Below, piece by piece: positions 6,770 through 14,322 of a stretch of DNA of 16,570 nucleotides (position 1 is its first letter; every line of letters starts with the position of its first letter). This DNA is from a virus (Duplodnaviria; Heunggongvirae; Uroviricota; Caudoviricetes), in IMG/VR virus record IMGVR_UViG_3300035492_000070; one strand, given 5' to 3'. A model generated the notes under the pieces. The model was not told the DNA's origin and did no database searches. It worked only from the letters and a program-made list of their open reading frames with translations. Both the position numbers and the translations under genes were made by a program.

Positions 6770-6913
6770 ATGAGCCTAACAAAAATAGAACAAATATGCC
6801 AGGAATGTGGTAAACACTATATTCTGGTAGTTAAACAAAAAGAAGTCCATGATGTAACCTGTTGCCCATTCTGCGGTCATGAAGTTGCAATTCAATCGGA
6901 CGAAGAAGAATGA
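6770..6913 (+). CDS. Small Zn-ribbon protein (47 aa), absent from the ORF track
   Basis: MSLTKIEQICQECGKHYILVVKQKEVHDVTCCPFCGHEVAIQSDEEE; CxxC and CPFCG motifs; SD AAGGGA; ATGA overlap with the next gene. Confidence 0.8.
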   Translation: MSLTKIEQICQECGKHYILVVKQKEVHDVTCCPFCGHEVAIQSDEEE

Positions 6914-7455
6914 GTGCAGTAGCCGGTCTAGACTGGTCAATGACATGCCCTAGCATTTGTATATGGGATAAGTCAAAGCCCTTCAAATTCTCGAATTGTG
7001 TTTTCTATTTCTATATTGATAATAAGAAATATGACAAATCATTCGGCAACATTCATGGCTTTAAGGCTGAACTCTATCAATCAGAGCAAGAACGCTTTGA
7101 TAATATTTCCGAATGGGCAATGACTATAATGCGTAAACATAAAGTCAAACAAGCCTGTTTAGAGGGATATTCGATGGGCTCATCTGGTCGTATTTTCAAT
7201 ATCGCTGAAAACATCGGTCTACTGAAACATAAAATGTGGAAAGAGGGCATTGAGTTTATTACCCCTGCACCTACCACAGTCAAGAAACATTTTAGTGGAA
7301 AAGGTAATGCGAAAAAAGAAGATCTTCACAGTAAGTTATTAGAAAGTGAAGGTATAAATGTATCTGAAATACTGAATTCTAAAATTAGTACCTCACCTGT
7401 TTCTGATATAGTTGATAGTTATGCTATGGTTAGTTACTATATCACTAACTCTTAA
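6910..7455 (+). CDS. RuvC-like Holliday junction resolvase/nuclease
   Basis: Acidic motifs GLD, LEGY and DIVD, plus PTTVKKHFSGKGNAKK matching the RuvC PxxVKxxxxGxGxAxK pattern. Confidence 0.8.
   Translation: MSAVAGLDWSMTCPSICIWDKSKPFKFSNCVFYFYIDNKKYDKSFGNIHGFKAELYQSEQERFDNISEWAMTIMRKHKVKQACLEGYSMGSSGRIFNIAENIGLLKHKMWKEGIEFITPAPTTVKKHFSGKGNAKKEDLHSKLLESEGINVSEILNSKISTSPVSDIVDSYAMVSYYITNS
7411..7438 (+). repeat. 28-bp perfect direct repeat, copy 1
   Basis: GTTGATAGTTATGCTATGGTTAGTTACT; identical to 8269-8296. Confidence 0.95.
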
Positions 7456-8152
7456 TTTTGTCAATAGCGGTCTTAGAGATAATTCTATGTCCGCTACTGC
7501 ATTTTCTAGGACCGTACATATTACCAGAATTGATTTGATGATCTCTGCAATACGATTCAATACTTCTAGTTGTGGATATAATACCTTCAGGAGATTCAAT
7601 TTCGTAAATAAATTTTTGTTTTGCTAAACTCTGTTTACTTTTGGTTTCATCAGAAGTTTTCTTACCAAACATATGGTTATTAGCACCAGACATTCTTTTT
7701 CTACATTTTTCTTTTGTTTCTTCAGAATATTTCTTATTTTTCTGTCCTTTGGACATATTAGACTTTGCCTTTTCTGAAAAGGGTTTTCTTTTAGCGCCTA
7801 GGTTAACTTCTTTTAATCTTAGTTTATGTTCTTCAGTTAAAGGTTTATTATACCTTGGGTGGAGTTTACCTTTTGTTGTTCCTTTTCCTCCTATAGACAT
7901 ATTATACGTATCTTTACGTAGAACAAAATGTTCATCAACAATTAGAGATTCAAACCAAAAAGCATCGTCTTCCGTAAAAGCACAAAATAAAATATCTTTA
8001 ATAAATGCAGCAGATCCGTACTTTTCAATAGCTCGCTTGATTGAAACGCCGGACCCTAAGTAATTGTCTTTTGAATTTGACGTTGTGTGTTTACCTATGT
8101 AAACTTTGTTGTTTATGGTGTTTGTTGTCTTATATACTGTATAAAATATCAT
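7445..8152 (-). CDS. Seg-like GIY-YIG homing endonuclease with NUMOD3-type repeats
   Basis: VYKTTNTINNKVYIGKH, YLGSG, E...YN..GG; repeats TEEHKLRL, SEETKEK, GKKTSDETKSKQS. Confidence 0.92.
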   Translation of the reverse strand: MIFYTVYKTTNTINNKVYIGKHTTSNSKDNYLGSGVSIKRAIEKYGSAAFIKDILFCAFTEDDAFWFESLIVDEHFVLRKDTYNMSIGGKGTTKGKLHPRYNKPLTEEHKLRLKEVNLGAKRKPFSEKAKSNMSKGQKNKKYSEETKEKCRKRMSGANNHMFGKKTSDETKSKQSLAKQKFIYEIESPEGIISTTRSIESYCRDHQINSGNMYGPRKCSSGHRIISKTAIDKIKS

Positions 8153-8178
8153 AATACTTCTTTTCCATATTTTTAAAA

Positions 8179-8186
8179 TATTTATA
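8179..8186 (-). promoter_or_regulatory. Late promoter TATAAATA for the Seg-like endonuclease
   Basis: Plus strand TATTTATA, 26 nt upstream of the 8152 start. Confidence 0.65.
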
Positions 8187-8187
8187 G

Positions 8188-8313
8188 TCTTTAGTTGAAA
8201 AAGAACCTAGCATTGACCTTATAAATCTGTTAAACTGTAAATCGGGTGACGGGCCTTTAGCAGACGTTGTTGATAGTTATGCTATGGTTAGTTACTGGAT
8301 TGCCAACACTTAG
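8188..8313 (+). pseudogene. Orphaned alternative 3' end of the ruvC-like gene (41 codons, no start)
   Basis: Reads SLVEKEPSIDLINLLNCKSGDGPLADVVDSYAMVSYWIANT-stop, colinear with the functional C-terminus LLESEGINVSEILNSKISTSPVSDIVDSYAMVSYYITNS. Confidence 0.85.
8269..8296 (+). repeat. 28-bp perfect direct repeat, copy 2
   Basis: Identical to 7411-7438, same reading frame relative to the VDSYAMVSY codons. Confidence 0.95.
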
Positions 8314-8331
8314 AACTAGGAATGAAAATCT

Positions 8332-9279
8332 ATGACAATCACTGCTCAGGTGATCGCTGATTCTATTAATGATCAGGGAACACGCATTACAACTCTTGAA
8401 ATTGAAACACCTCGAATTATTTGGTCGGAGTTTCTTACACACCGTATGCTTTCTAAAAACGCATCCTCTTCAAGGGCCATTCCTGTTAAGAAAATGCTTG
8501 ACTTGGTGCGTAAAGAAGCAGCTCGTCCTTTTCATTGGGGCAAAAACCAACCAGGTATGCAAGCATTTGAAGAACAGACTACGTTGATTAATGGTTATAC
8601 CGCCGATGAATGGTGGGATTTAGCTGCTAACTCTGTTGCTAACTTTGCGGAGGCATTTGAAGAAGCAAAATATCATAAGCAGGTAGTAAATCGCTTACTG
8701 GAACCCTTTTCTCATATTAAAGCGGTTGTAACAGCCACGTCATATGACAACTTCTTCAAACTGCGTATTCATGAAATGGCTGATCCTACCATTCATATGT
8801 TAGCGGTCACCATGTTCCAAGCTATGAAAGAGAATACTCCCCGTGTTCTTGTACCTGGTGAATGGCATACCCCTTACTATCAAGATGGGTACTGGTCAGA
8901 TACTGGAAATGGTAAGGACGTTCATGGTTGTACATTACAAGAAGCCTTGATGATTAGCGCATCTTGTTGTGCCCAGGTTTCTTATCGTAAGTTAGATGAT
9001 AGTTTTGAAAAGGCAGTTGATGTATTCACTAAGTTGAATCTTACTGACGATAATGAAGATCCTAGGCATTCTTCCCCCGCTGAACACCAGGCCACTCCTA
9101 TGGAACACCCTATTTGGGACAATGAACTATTTCAGAAGAGTTGTGAAGGCGAGTATACTTGGGAGAATGGTGTAACCCATTTAGACCGTGAAAATAACTT
9201 CCATTCAGGTAATTTTATGCACTGGATTCAACATCGTCAGTTGATACCAGGGCATGATTGTAAACACTACCAACCATAA
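8332..9279 (+). CDS. thyX: Flavin-dependent thymidylate synthase
   Basis: THRMLSKNASSSR matches the ThyX signature RHRxxSxxxxSxR; ASCCAQVSY and HSSPAEHQA are typical of phage ThyX. Confidence 0.92.
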   Translation: MTITAQVIADSINDQGTRITTLEIETPRIIWSEFLTHRMLSKNASSSRAIPVKKMLDLVRKEAARPFHWGKNQPGMQAFEEQTTLINGYTADEWWDLAANSVANFAEAFEEAKYHKQVVNRLLEPFSHIKAVVTATSYDNFFKLRIHEMADPTIHMLAVTMFQAMKENTPRVLVPGEWHTPYYQDGYWSDTGNGKDVHGCTLQEALMISASCCAQVSYRKLDDSFEKAVDVFTKLNLTDDNEDPRHSSPAEHQATPMEHPIWDNELFQKSCEGEYTWENGVTHLDRENNFHSGNFMHWIQHRQLIPGHDCKHYQP

Positions 9280-9285
9280 AACGAA

Positions 9286-9303
9286 GGGGCCTTAATAGGC
9301 CCC
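9286..9303. terminator. Likely bidirectional intrinsic terminator between convergent thyX and gp29-like genes
   Basis: GGGGCCT-TAAT-AGGCCCC, followed by GTTTG on plus and TTCGTTTT on minus. Confidence 0.7.
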
Positions 9304-11142
9304 GTTTGTTGCAAACCGTAGACGTCTATTGGTATTGTTGGTGTTAGTAGAAGCACCAACAAATTGGCTTTGGTTAACTTGTGTATTGCTAGGTGCGATC
9401 ACATTCGTACCACCGCCACGAGCCATTTCCATTTGTTTTCTTTGCTGTTCTAGATCCATTTGTTGAGATGCTCTTTCAATGTTGGCCATAACGCCACTTG
9501 TCATTGGTATACCAGTAGTCATTTCGAGTCTTTGGGTATTTGCTAATAGAGTACCTCCTGCTCTGCCTTGAGCAACCCTTTTCTCATAAGCAACCTGTCT
9601 TTCCATAATCTCTTCTTGCATAATCTCTTCATCGGTTTTGAAGAGTTTTCCTATGCCTGGGATCTTACCTAGACTTTGTCTCCATTCATTTAATTTGTTT
9701 TCGATTGCTTCATAAATAGATTTAAAGGTTTCTGTAATCTTACCAAATATCTCGGTTACCTTATCTACACCGGCTTGATATCCATCCTTAATAGCGGTGC
9801 CCATCGAATCGATCATATTCATTACGGTATCAGGTATAGACTTGAAGAAATTCAATACAGAGTCATAAGCATTGCTGACCCATTCTATAACCGTAGCTGT
9901 TAAATTCTCAACGAAGTTAAACATAGCTACGGCCATCTCTTCTTTACTCTTAGATGTTCCGCCTGTAAGCCACGCAAAAACATCCGTGAATATACTAACA
10001 AACCCTGCTATTGCACTATAGACGCCCATCTTAATTCTATCTAATAGACTAACATCCTCTTCATTTTTTCCTAGCCATTCACCTACGCTAAAGAACCCAT
10101 CGAAAAAATCGTAAATTGCTTTGAATACTACAATAGGCAATGCTAGTTTAGAAACAAGTTTAACAGCAAATGCGCCTATGCCTTTTAGAATTCCCATCAT
10201 TGCAATCAGAGGCGCAGTAAAGGCAGCTAAAGATAATCCTAATCCGGTGACAATAGCTAAAGCTCCTCTTGCAAGCATTCCCAGCATACCGCCTTTTCTA
10301 CCTTGAGTAACACCTTTAGGACCTTGCTCAGGCATTTGAACAGGTGTACCACTAGACTCTTTCATTTTAGTTAGTTTTTCGTCTCGGTCGTTTTTCTTAT
10401 CGGCCTCTTCAAAATAACGAATCAGTTTATTCGTGCTATCTTCAATAGTCTCCGCAATAAACAAGGCATGGTCATCAGTCATCGAAAGAATGTTAGACTG
10501 TCTATCATTGTCAGTAACAGGTGCGTCAGTTTCAACCCTTTCTAATACAGGTTTTTCCTTTTCCTTGATCGCATCTTCCTCTTTTTCTGTTACAGCCTCT
10601 TCCTTTTCAAGTTGCTCAAACTGAGCGTTGATAAGTTCAGTTTCCATCTTGATTTTCTTTAGGCGTTCTTGTTCCATTTGACGTGCCTGTTGTTTTGCCT
10701 CTGATCTAGATTTGGCCATATCTCGGAACAATTTAACACCGTAACCTAACAAAGGGTTAGCAGTCATAAGAGCAGCAACTAAAGAATCACTTGAAGGAAA
10801 TGCGCCTTTAATAGAGTCGATAGCACCTTCATATGCTTTGTTGTTTTGATTAGTCTGGTCTAACATTTCTTCAATTTGACCGATAACGTGAGTATATGAA
10901 CCTACCACTTGGTTAGTCTTTGACCCTGCACTGATCTGTCCTGCCATCATATCTTGACGCAGTTGTTTTAACTCTTCAAGAGATTTTTTCTGTAAGATTT
11001 TTGATCCAGAGTTTTGAATATGAATTGACTCAATTAGAATGTTTTTTAACTCTTCTAATGACTCTTCTGGGCTTTGTCCTCTTAGTCGCATATTCCTACG
11101 ACCTGCTTTGACATTAGCATAAATGTTTTCTAAAATAGCCAT
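9292..11142 (-). CDS. Tape measure / baseplate hub protein, gp29-like (616 aa)
   Basis: Helical, coiled-coil N-terminal half; Gly/Ala-rich hydrophobic central stretch; Asn/Thr-rich C-terminus (NVIAPSNTQVN); length near T4 gp29; neighbours gp54, gp26 and gp51; late promoter upstream. Confidence 0.65.
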   Translation of the reverse strand: MAILENIYANVKAGRRNMRLRGQSPEESLEELKNILIESIHIQNSGSKILQKKSLEELKQLRQDMMAGQISAGSKTNQVVGSYTHVIGQIEEMLDQTNQNNKAYEGAIDSIKGAFPSSDSLVAALMTANPLLGYGVKLFRDMAKSRSEAKQQARQMEQERLKKIKMETELINAQFEQLEKEEAVTEKEEDAIKEKEKPVLERVETDAPVTDNDRQSNILSMTDDHALFIAETIEDSTNKLIRYFEEADKKNDRDEKLTKMKESSGTPVQMPEQGPKGVTQGRKGGMLGMLARGALAIVTGLGLSLAAFTAPLIAMMGILKGIGAFAVKLVSKLALPIVVFKAIYDFFDGFFSVGEWLGKNEEDVSLLDRIKMGVYSAIAGFVSIFTDVFAWLTGGTSKSKEEMAVAMFNFVENLTATVIEWVSNAYDSVLNFFKSIPDTVMNMIDSMGTAIKDGYQAGVDKVTEIFGKITETFKSIYEAIENKLNEWRQSLGKIPGIGKLFKTDEEIMQEEIMERQVAYEKRVAQGRAGGTLLANTQRLEMTTGIPMTSGVMANIERASQQMDLEQQRKQMEMARGGGTNVIAPSNTQVNQSQFVGASTNTNNTNRRLRFATNGAY

Positions 11143-11166
11143 GTTTCTTCCTATGTGAAGATGATA

Positions 11167-11194
11167 TTGACTATTTAGTTTGATGTGTTAAAAT
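11167..11194 (+). promoter_or_regulatory. Sigma70-type promoter
   Basis: TTGACT 11167-11172, 16-nt spacer, TAAAAT 11189-11194 preceded by an extended -10 TG at 11186-11187. Confidence 0.55.
11172..11179 (-). promoter_or_regulatory. Late promoter variant ACTAAATA for the gp29-like gene
   Basis: Plus strand TATTTAGT, 29 nt upstream of the 11142 start; the same octamer recurs at 12421 and 12433. Confidence 0.6.
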
Positions 11195-11216
11195 TAAGGT
11201 TTAACCGGAGGTATAT

Positions 11217-11384
11217 ATGAACGAAGTAGATTATTGTAAGAAATGTGGTGGGTTTATTGAGTGGAGTACATCAGTTCAGTTATTAACTTATCCGCCTAAA
11301 TATATGGGGACCTGTAAAGAGTGTGGTGCTACACATTATGCTCGGTGTAGTGATGTTCACGAATCACAGAACAGCGTCAATTGA
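11217..11384 (+). CDS. Small Zn-ribbon protein (55 aa), absent from the ORF track
   Basis: MNEVDYCKKCGGFIEWSTSVQLLTYPPKYMGTCKECGATHYARCSDVHESQNSVN; two CxxC motifs; strong SD GGAGG 11207-11211. Confidence 0.85.
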   Translation: MNEVDYCKKCGGFIEWSTSVQLLTYPPKYMGTCKECGATHYARCSDVHESQNSVN

Positions 11385-11391
11385 CGCTGTT
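11370..11391. repeat. 22-bp perfect palindrome between convergent genes
   Basis: AACAGCGTCAATTGACGCTGTT; covers the TGA at 11382-11384 and touches the stop codon of the opposite gene. Confidence 0.85.
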
Positions 11392-11764
11392 AGACCACTG
11401 TACCAGTAGAGTCTACCCATGCAGTTCCTGTCCACCATATGGGTTTTCCTTCTACTGATAGAGTTGTATCGAAATACATCTTACCCAGATCTTTTGAATT
11501 TAATGTAGGTCTGTTTGCAGTCGGGCCTTTCATAATCACAATCACTTTCTGCCAGCTGGCATTAGTAGGAGCACTACCCGCCGTAACGGTATATGGTAAT
11601 GCCCCTGTCCATTTCCATGCAGTACCGTTCAAATCTATTACTTCATGATTAGCTTTATCAATAGTTCCACCCGTAGAAAAATATAGAGTTTGTTTGATAT
11701 GGGATAAATCCATCAACTCAGTACCATTTCTTTTTGCTATTTGATTGACTCTTAATTTTGACAT
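11390..11764 (-). CDS. Miniature tail fibre/tailspike-like protein (124 aa)
   Basis: N-terminus MSKLRVNQI and WKWTGALPYTVTAGSAP match the tailspike at 14323. C-terminal GPTANRP...YFDTTL...GKPIWW.GTAWVDSTG is recalled as a common tail-protein end motif. Confidence 0.7.
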   Translation of the reverse strand: MSKLRVNQIAKRNGTELMDLSHIKQTLYFSTGGTIDKANHEVIDLNGTAWKWTGALPYTVTAGSAPTNASWQKVIVIMKGPTANRPTLNSKDLGKMYFDTTLSVEGKPIWWTGTAWVDSTGTVV

Positions 11765-11775
11765 TTAAGTTCTTC

Positions 11776-12405
11776 CTATAATTTCCAAGCCTGTGCATTG
11801 GTGCCTTTCTGGAACCTAGCCGTTGGTAAAAATGCCGCCAATTCCCATGCCGAAGCAGGGACTTCTACGAATACCGATTTAACATGATCCATTCTATAAG
11901 CATGAACAGAGTGTTCAAAATACTTAGACTCTGACATTTCTTTTAATGCTGACCATTCCATATCTAAACGAGTCGATTTTCTAAATCTTTTTTCTGTTTT
12001 CATTTTCAGTAATGCACGATATGCGACCATACGCAAAGCAGGTGGTAGGTAATGTAAATTGATACCGATCACAATTATCGCACCATCTTTTGCTTTATAT
12101 GTAGAAAAAGGAAATATCAAAGGATATCTATCCCATAAAGGCAGAGTGTCTTTGTGTTTTGCATCATATTCAAAAAAGTACATTTTGCCTAAGGTCATTT
12201 TAGTTTTCCACATATCCCTATCACGGAACATGGTACCAGTACCAACTTTATTGAATGACCGACCTACATATTTACGGAACCAATCTAAAGACTTAGCAGT
12301 GTTCCGCTTTTGAGAAGTTGGGTTATTCTTTGCCCATGCTCGCTCAATACGTTTTAGAATTTCTAATTCCGTACCTGTGGTATTGACGTATTCTTGATCG
12401 GCCAT
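11776..12405 (-). CDS. gp2: DNA end protector protein
   Basis: SLDWFRK, GKMYFFEYDAKHKDTLPLWDRYPLI and GINLHYLPP are gp2-family motifs. Confidence 0.9.
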   Translation of the reverse strand: MADQEYVNTTGTELEILKRIERAWAKNNPTSQKRNTAKSLDWFRKYVGRSFNKVGTGTMFRDRDMWKTKMTLGKMYFFEYDAKHKDTLPLWDRYPLIFPFSTYKAKDGAIIVIGINLHYLPPALRMVAYRALLKMKTEKRFRKSTRLDMEWSALKEMSESKYFEHSVHAYRMDHVKSVFVEVPASAWELAAFLPTARFQKGTNAQAWKL

Positions 12406-12420
12406 TCTTTATCAACTCAT

Positions 12421-12440
12421 ACTAAATAAAGTTATTTAGT
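12421..12440. promoter_or_regulatory. Two face-to-face late promoters forming an inverted repeat
   Basis: ACTAAATAA-AG-TTATTTAGT: ACTAAATA on plus (12421-12428) toward gp54 and on minus (12433-12440) toward gp2. Confidence 0.65.
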
Positions 12441-12454
12441 TAATTAAAGGCTGA

Positions 12455-13402
12455 GTGACTATGGCAACGTTTAAAGAGTATTCCGCTCACCTTAGGAAGA
12501 ATGGGTTAGCAAGAACCAACAGATTCCAGGTGTTGATACCTTTACCAGAAAAATTACAACAAGAATTGGCAGTTGCTGAAAAAGATGTTTCGCCTCTACA
12601 AAGAACCATAGGCGAAATTGTCAAAGTGATTAAAATATTCACAGGCCCCACATCAACCGAATATACTCGTGGCCTTGATATGATGTGTAGTCAAACTGAA
12701 CTGCCGGGTAAAATTATCAATATCGCTGAAACGAAAAACAATGGTGATACATGGAAAGTAGGCCAATCTGTAACCTATGGTAACCAGCAATTCGTATTCA
12801 AAGTATCAAATGACATGATTGAAAAGGATATCATTGACAAATGGATGGCAATGGTAATTGACCCTACTACTCATGAAGTAGGTTACCTAAAAGATTATTC
12901 TGTTTCTATTACCATTTACCAGTTAGACATGAGCGACCGTATCACTCATGCGGTGGTGTTAAGAGATGCTTATCCTGTTATGACCAACCCTTTAACACTG
13001 TCTAACTTGGATCAAAACAACGTTCATGAATTAATGACTCAATTTACATATCGTTCATGGTATAATGCGTCAATTGAACAGGCCAATCCTAATGATGTTT
13101 CAAGTTTATCCCAAACCCCGTTAGGCCCATTGCTGGCTCCTATTCTATCAAACCCGGTTGTTCAACGTGGTTTAGAATATGTCAAACAGAATACGGGATT
13201 AGACTTAGAAGGTGAAGCTGTTAATATCTACAATCAGGTCAATCAAGTCATTATCAATACCACAGGCGAGTCTATTGGTAAAACTACCAGTATATTGAAT
13301 AAAACATTGGTTGATCTTGATTTGAACTCTAACATCAATCCAGCAAACAAATTGAAATTGGGCAACTATATAACAGGTGCATTGGATAAACTAGGTGGAT
13401 AA
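12455..13402 (+). CDS. gp54: Baseplate tail-tube initiator (gp54-like, tube-protein fold)
   Basis: RTNRFQV, MCSQTELPG, WMAMVIDPTT and AYP..TNPLTLS...ELMTQFTYR pattern; about 315 aa; start GTG 12455 or ATG 12461. Confidence 0.75.
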   Translation: MTMATFKEYSAHLRKNGLARTNRFQVLIPLPEKLQQELAVAEKDVSPLQRTIGEIVKVIKIFTGPTSTEYTRGLDMMCSQTELPGKIINIAETKNNGDTWKVGQSVTYGNQQFVFKVSNDMIEKDIIDKWMAMVIDPTTHEVGYLKDYSVSITIYQLDMSDRITHAVVLRDAYPVMTNPLTLSNLDQNNVHELMTQFTYRSWYNASIEQANPNDVSSLSQTPLGPLLAPILSNPVVQRGLEYVKQNTGLDLEGEAVNIYNQVNQVIINTTGESIGKTTSILNKTLVDLDLNSNINPANKLKLGNYITGALDKLGG

Positions 13403-13404
13403 AC

Positions 13405-14109
13405 ATGGCATTACCAAAGATTAAACATACGCTTTTTGAACATTACTTGACTGGTTTGAAAAAGAAAGTGCAATTCAGAGCTTTTACCAACCAGGAACAA
13501 AAGGCTTTATTGATTGCAAAGGAAAACAAGGGCAAGGATGAAGAGTTTGATAGTGTGCTGTTAGCCATTAAACAAATTATCACGAATTGTACATTAGGCA
13601 AGGTTGATGTTGACAATCTGTCTATATTTGACTTAGAAGATTTATTCTTACGTATTCGCTCTAAGTCAGTCAGTGATGTTTCTACTATCAAATACCGTTA
13701 TGATTATACCGAAGATGGTAAGAAGTTAAGCAAGTTTATTGAAGTGACTGTGAACTTGGATGACGTTAAGGTCCAAACCAACGAAAAACACACCAACAAA
13801 ATTCAGTTGACTGATGAAGTTGGCATTGTAATGAAGTACCCAACATTCAGTATGATGAACATTCCAGAAGAGGAATTGCCCATTCATTGTATTGACTATA
13901 TCTACGACAGGGAATCAATTTACTCGTCTGTTGATAGCACCATCGAAGAGTTGACTCAGTTCTACAATGATATTGATATTCGTGGTATGTTAAAGATTAA
14001 AGAATTCTTTGACACCATGCCAAAGATTCGTTATAGCACAGAAGTAGATTTGGGTAATGGTGAAAAAGAAACAATCGTACTGGAGAGACTCGAGGATTTT
14101 TTTTCCTAA
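13405..14109 (+). CDS. gp26: Baseplate hub subunit/assembly chaperone
   Basis: MALPKI, FRAFTNQEQKALL, DLEDLFLRIRSKSV, GIVMKYP, FFDTMPK and terminal LEDFF. Confidence 0.9.
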   Translation: MALPKIKHTLFEHYLTGLKKKVQFRAFTNQEQKALLIAKENKGKDEEFDSVLLAIKQIITNCTLGKVDVDNLSIFDLEDLFLRIRSKSVSDVSTIKYRYDYTEDGKKLSKFIEVTVNLDDVKVQTNEKHTNKIQLTDEVGIVMKYPTFSMMNIPEEELPIHCIDYIYDRESIYSSVDSTIEELTQFYNDIDIRGMLKIKEFFDTMPKIRYSTEVDLGNGEKETIVLERLEDFFS

Positions 14110-14111
14110 GT

Positions 14112-14291
14112 ATGACGCATGAGTCAATGTTGTCATACTATACGAACAATTTCAATTTGATGTTCTACAAGGATGTAGGGTACGTCAATAACATTAGAAT
14201 GAGTGACCTTGAAGAAATGCATCCTTTTGAAAGGGACATCTATATCATGCTAATGCAACAGAAGTTAGAGGATGCTAGAACTAATAAATAG
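14112..14291 (+). CDS. gp51: Baseplate hub assembly catalyst (59 aa), absent from the ORF track
   Basis: MTHESMLSYYTNNFNLMFYKDVGYVNNIRMSDLEEMHPFERDIYIMLMQQKLEDARTNK; YYxxNFxLM and MxPxERDIY motifs; directly follows gp26. Confidence 0.85.
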   Translation: MTHESMLSYYTNNFNLMFYKDVGYVNNIRMSDLEEMHPFERDIYIMLMQQKLEDARTNK

Positions 14292-14297
14292 TTCTAG
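14275..14297 (+). promoter_or_regulatory. 9-bp inverted repeat overlapping a late-promoter-like AATAAATA (14283-14290)
   Basis: CTAGAACTA-ATAAA-TAGTTCTAG, upstream of the tailspike gene. Confidence 0.45.
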
Positions 14298-14322
14298 TCA
14301 TGCCTTAATAGGAATAATATAA

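Noticed and set aside
8130-8168. 12-codon upstream ORF on the minus strand overlapping the Seg-like start
   Set aside because: It starts only about 10 nt after the promoter with no SD; likely chance in AT-rich DNA.
7411-8296. 28-bp repeats as a CRISPR mini-array or att sites
   Set aside because: Only two copies, 858 nt apart, both in-frame coding sequence of the ruvC-like C-terminus; no cas or integrase gene in the window.
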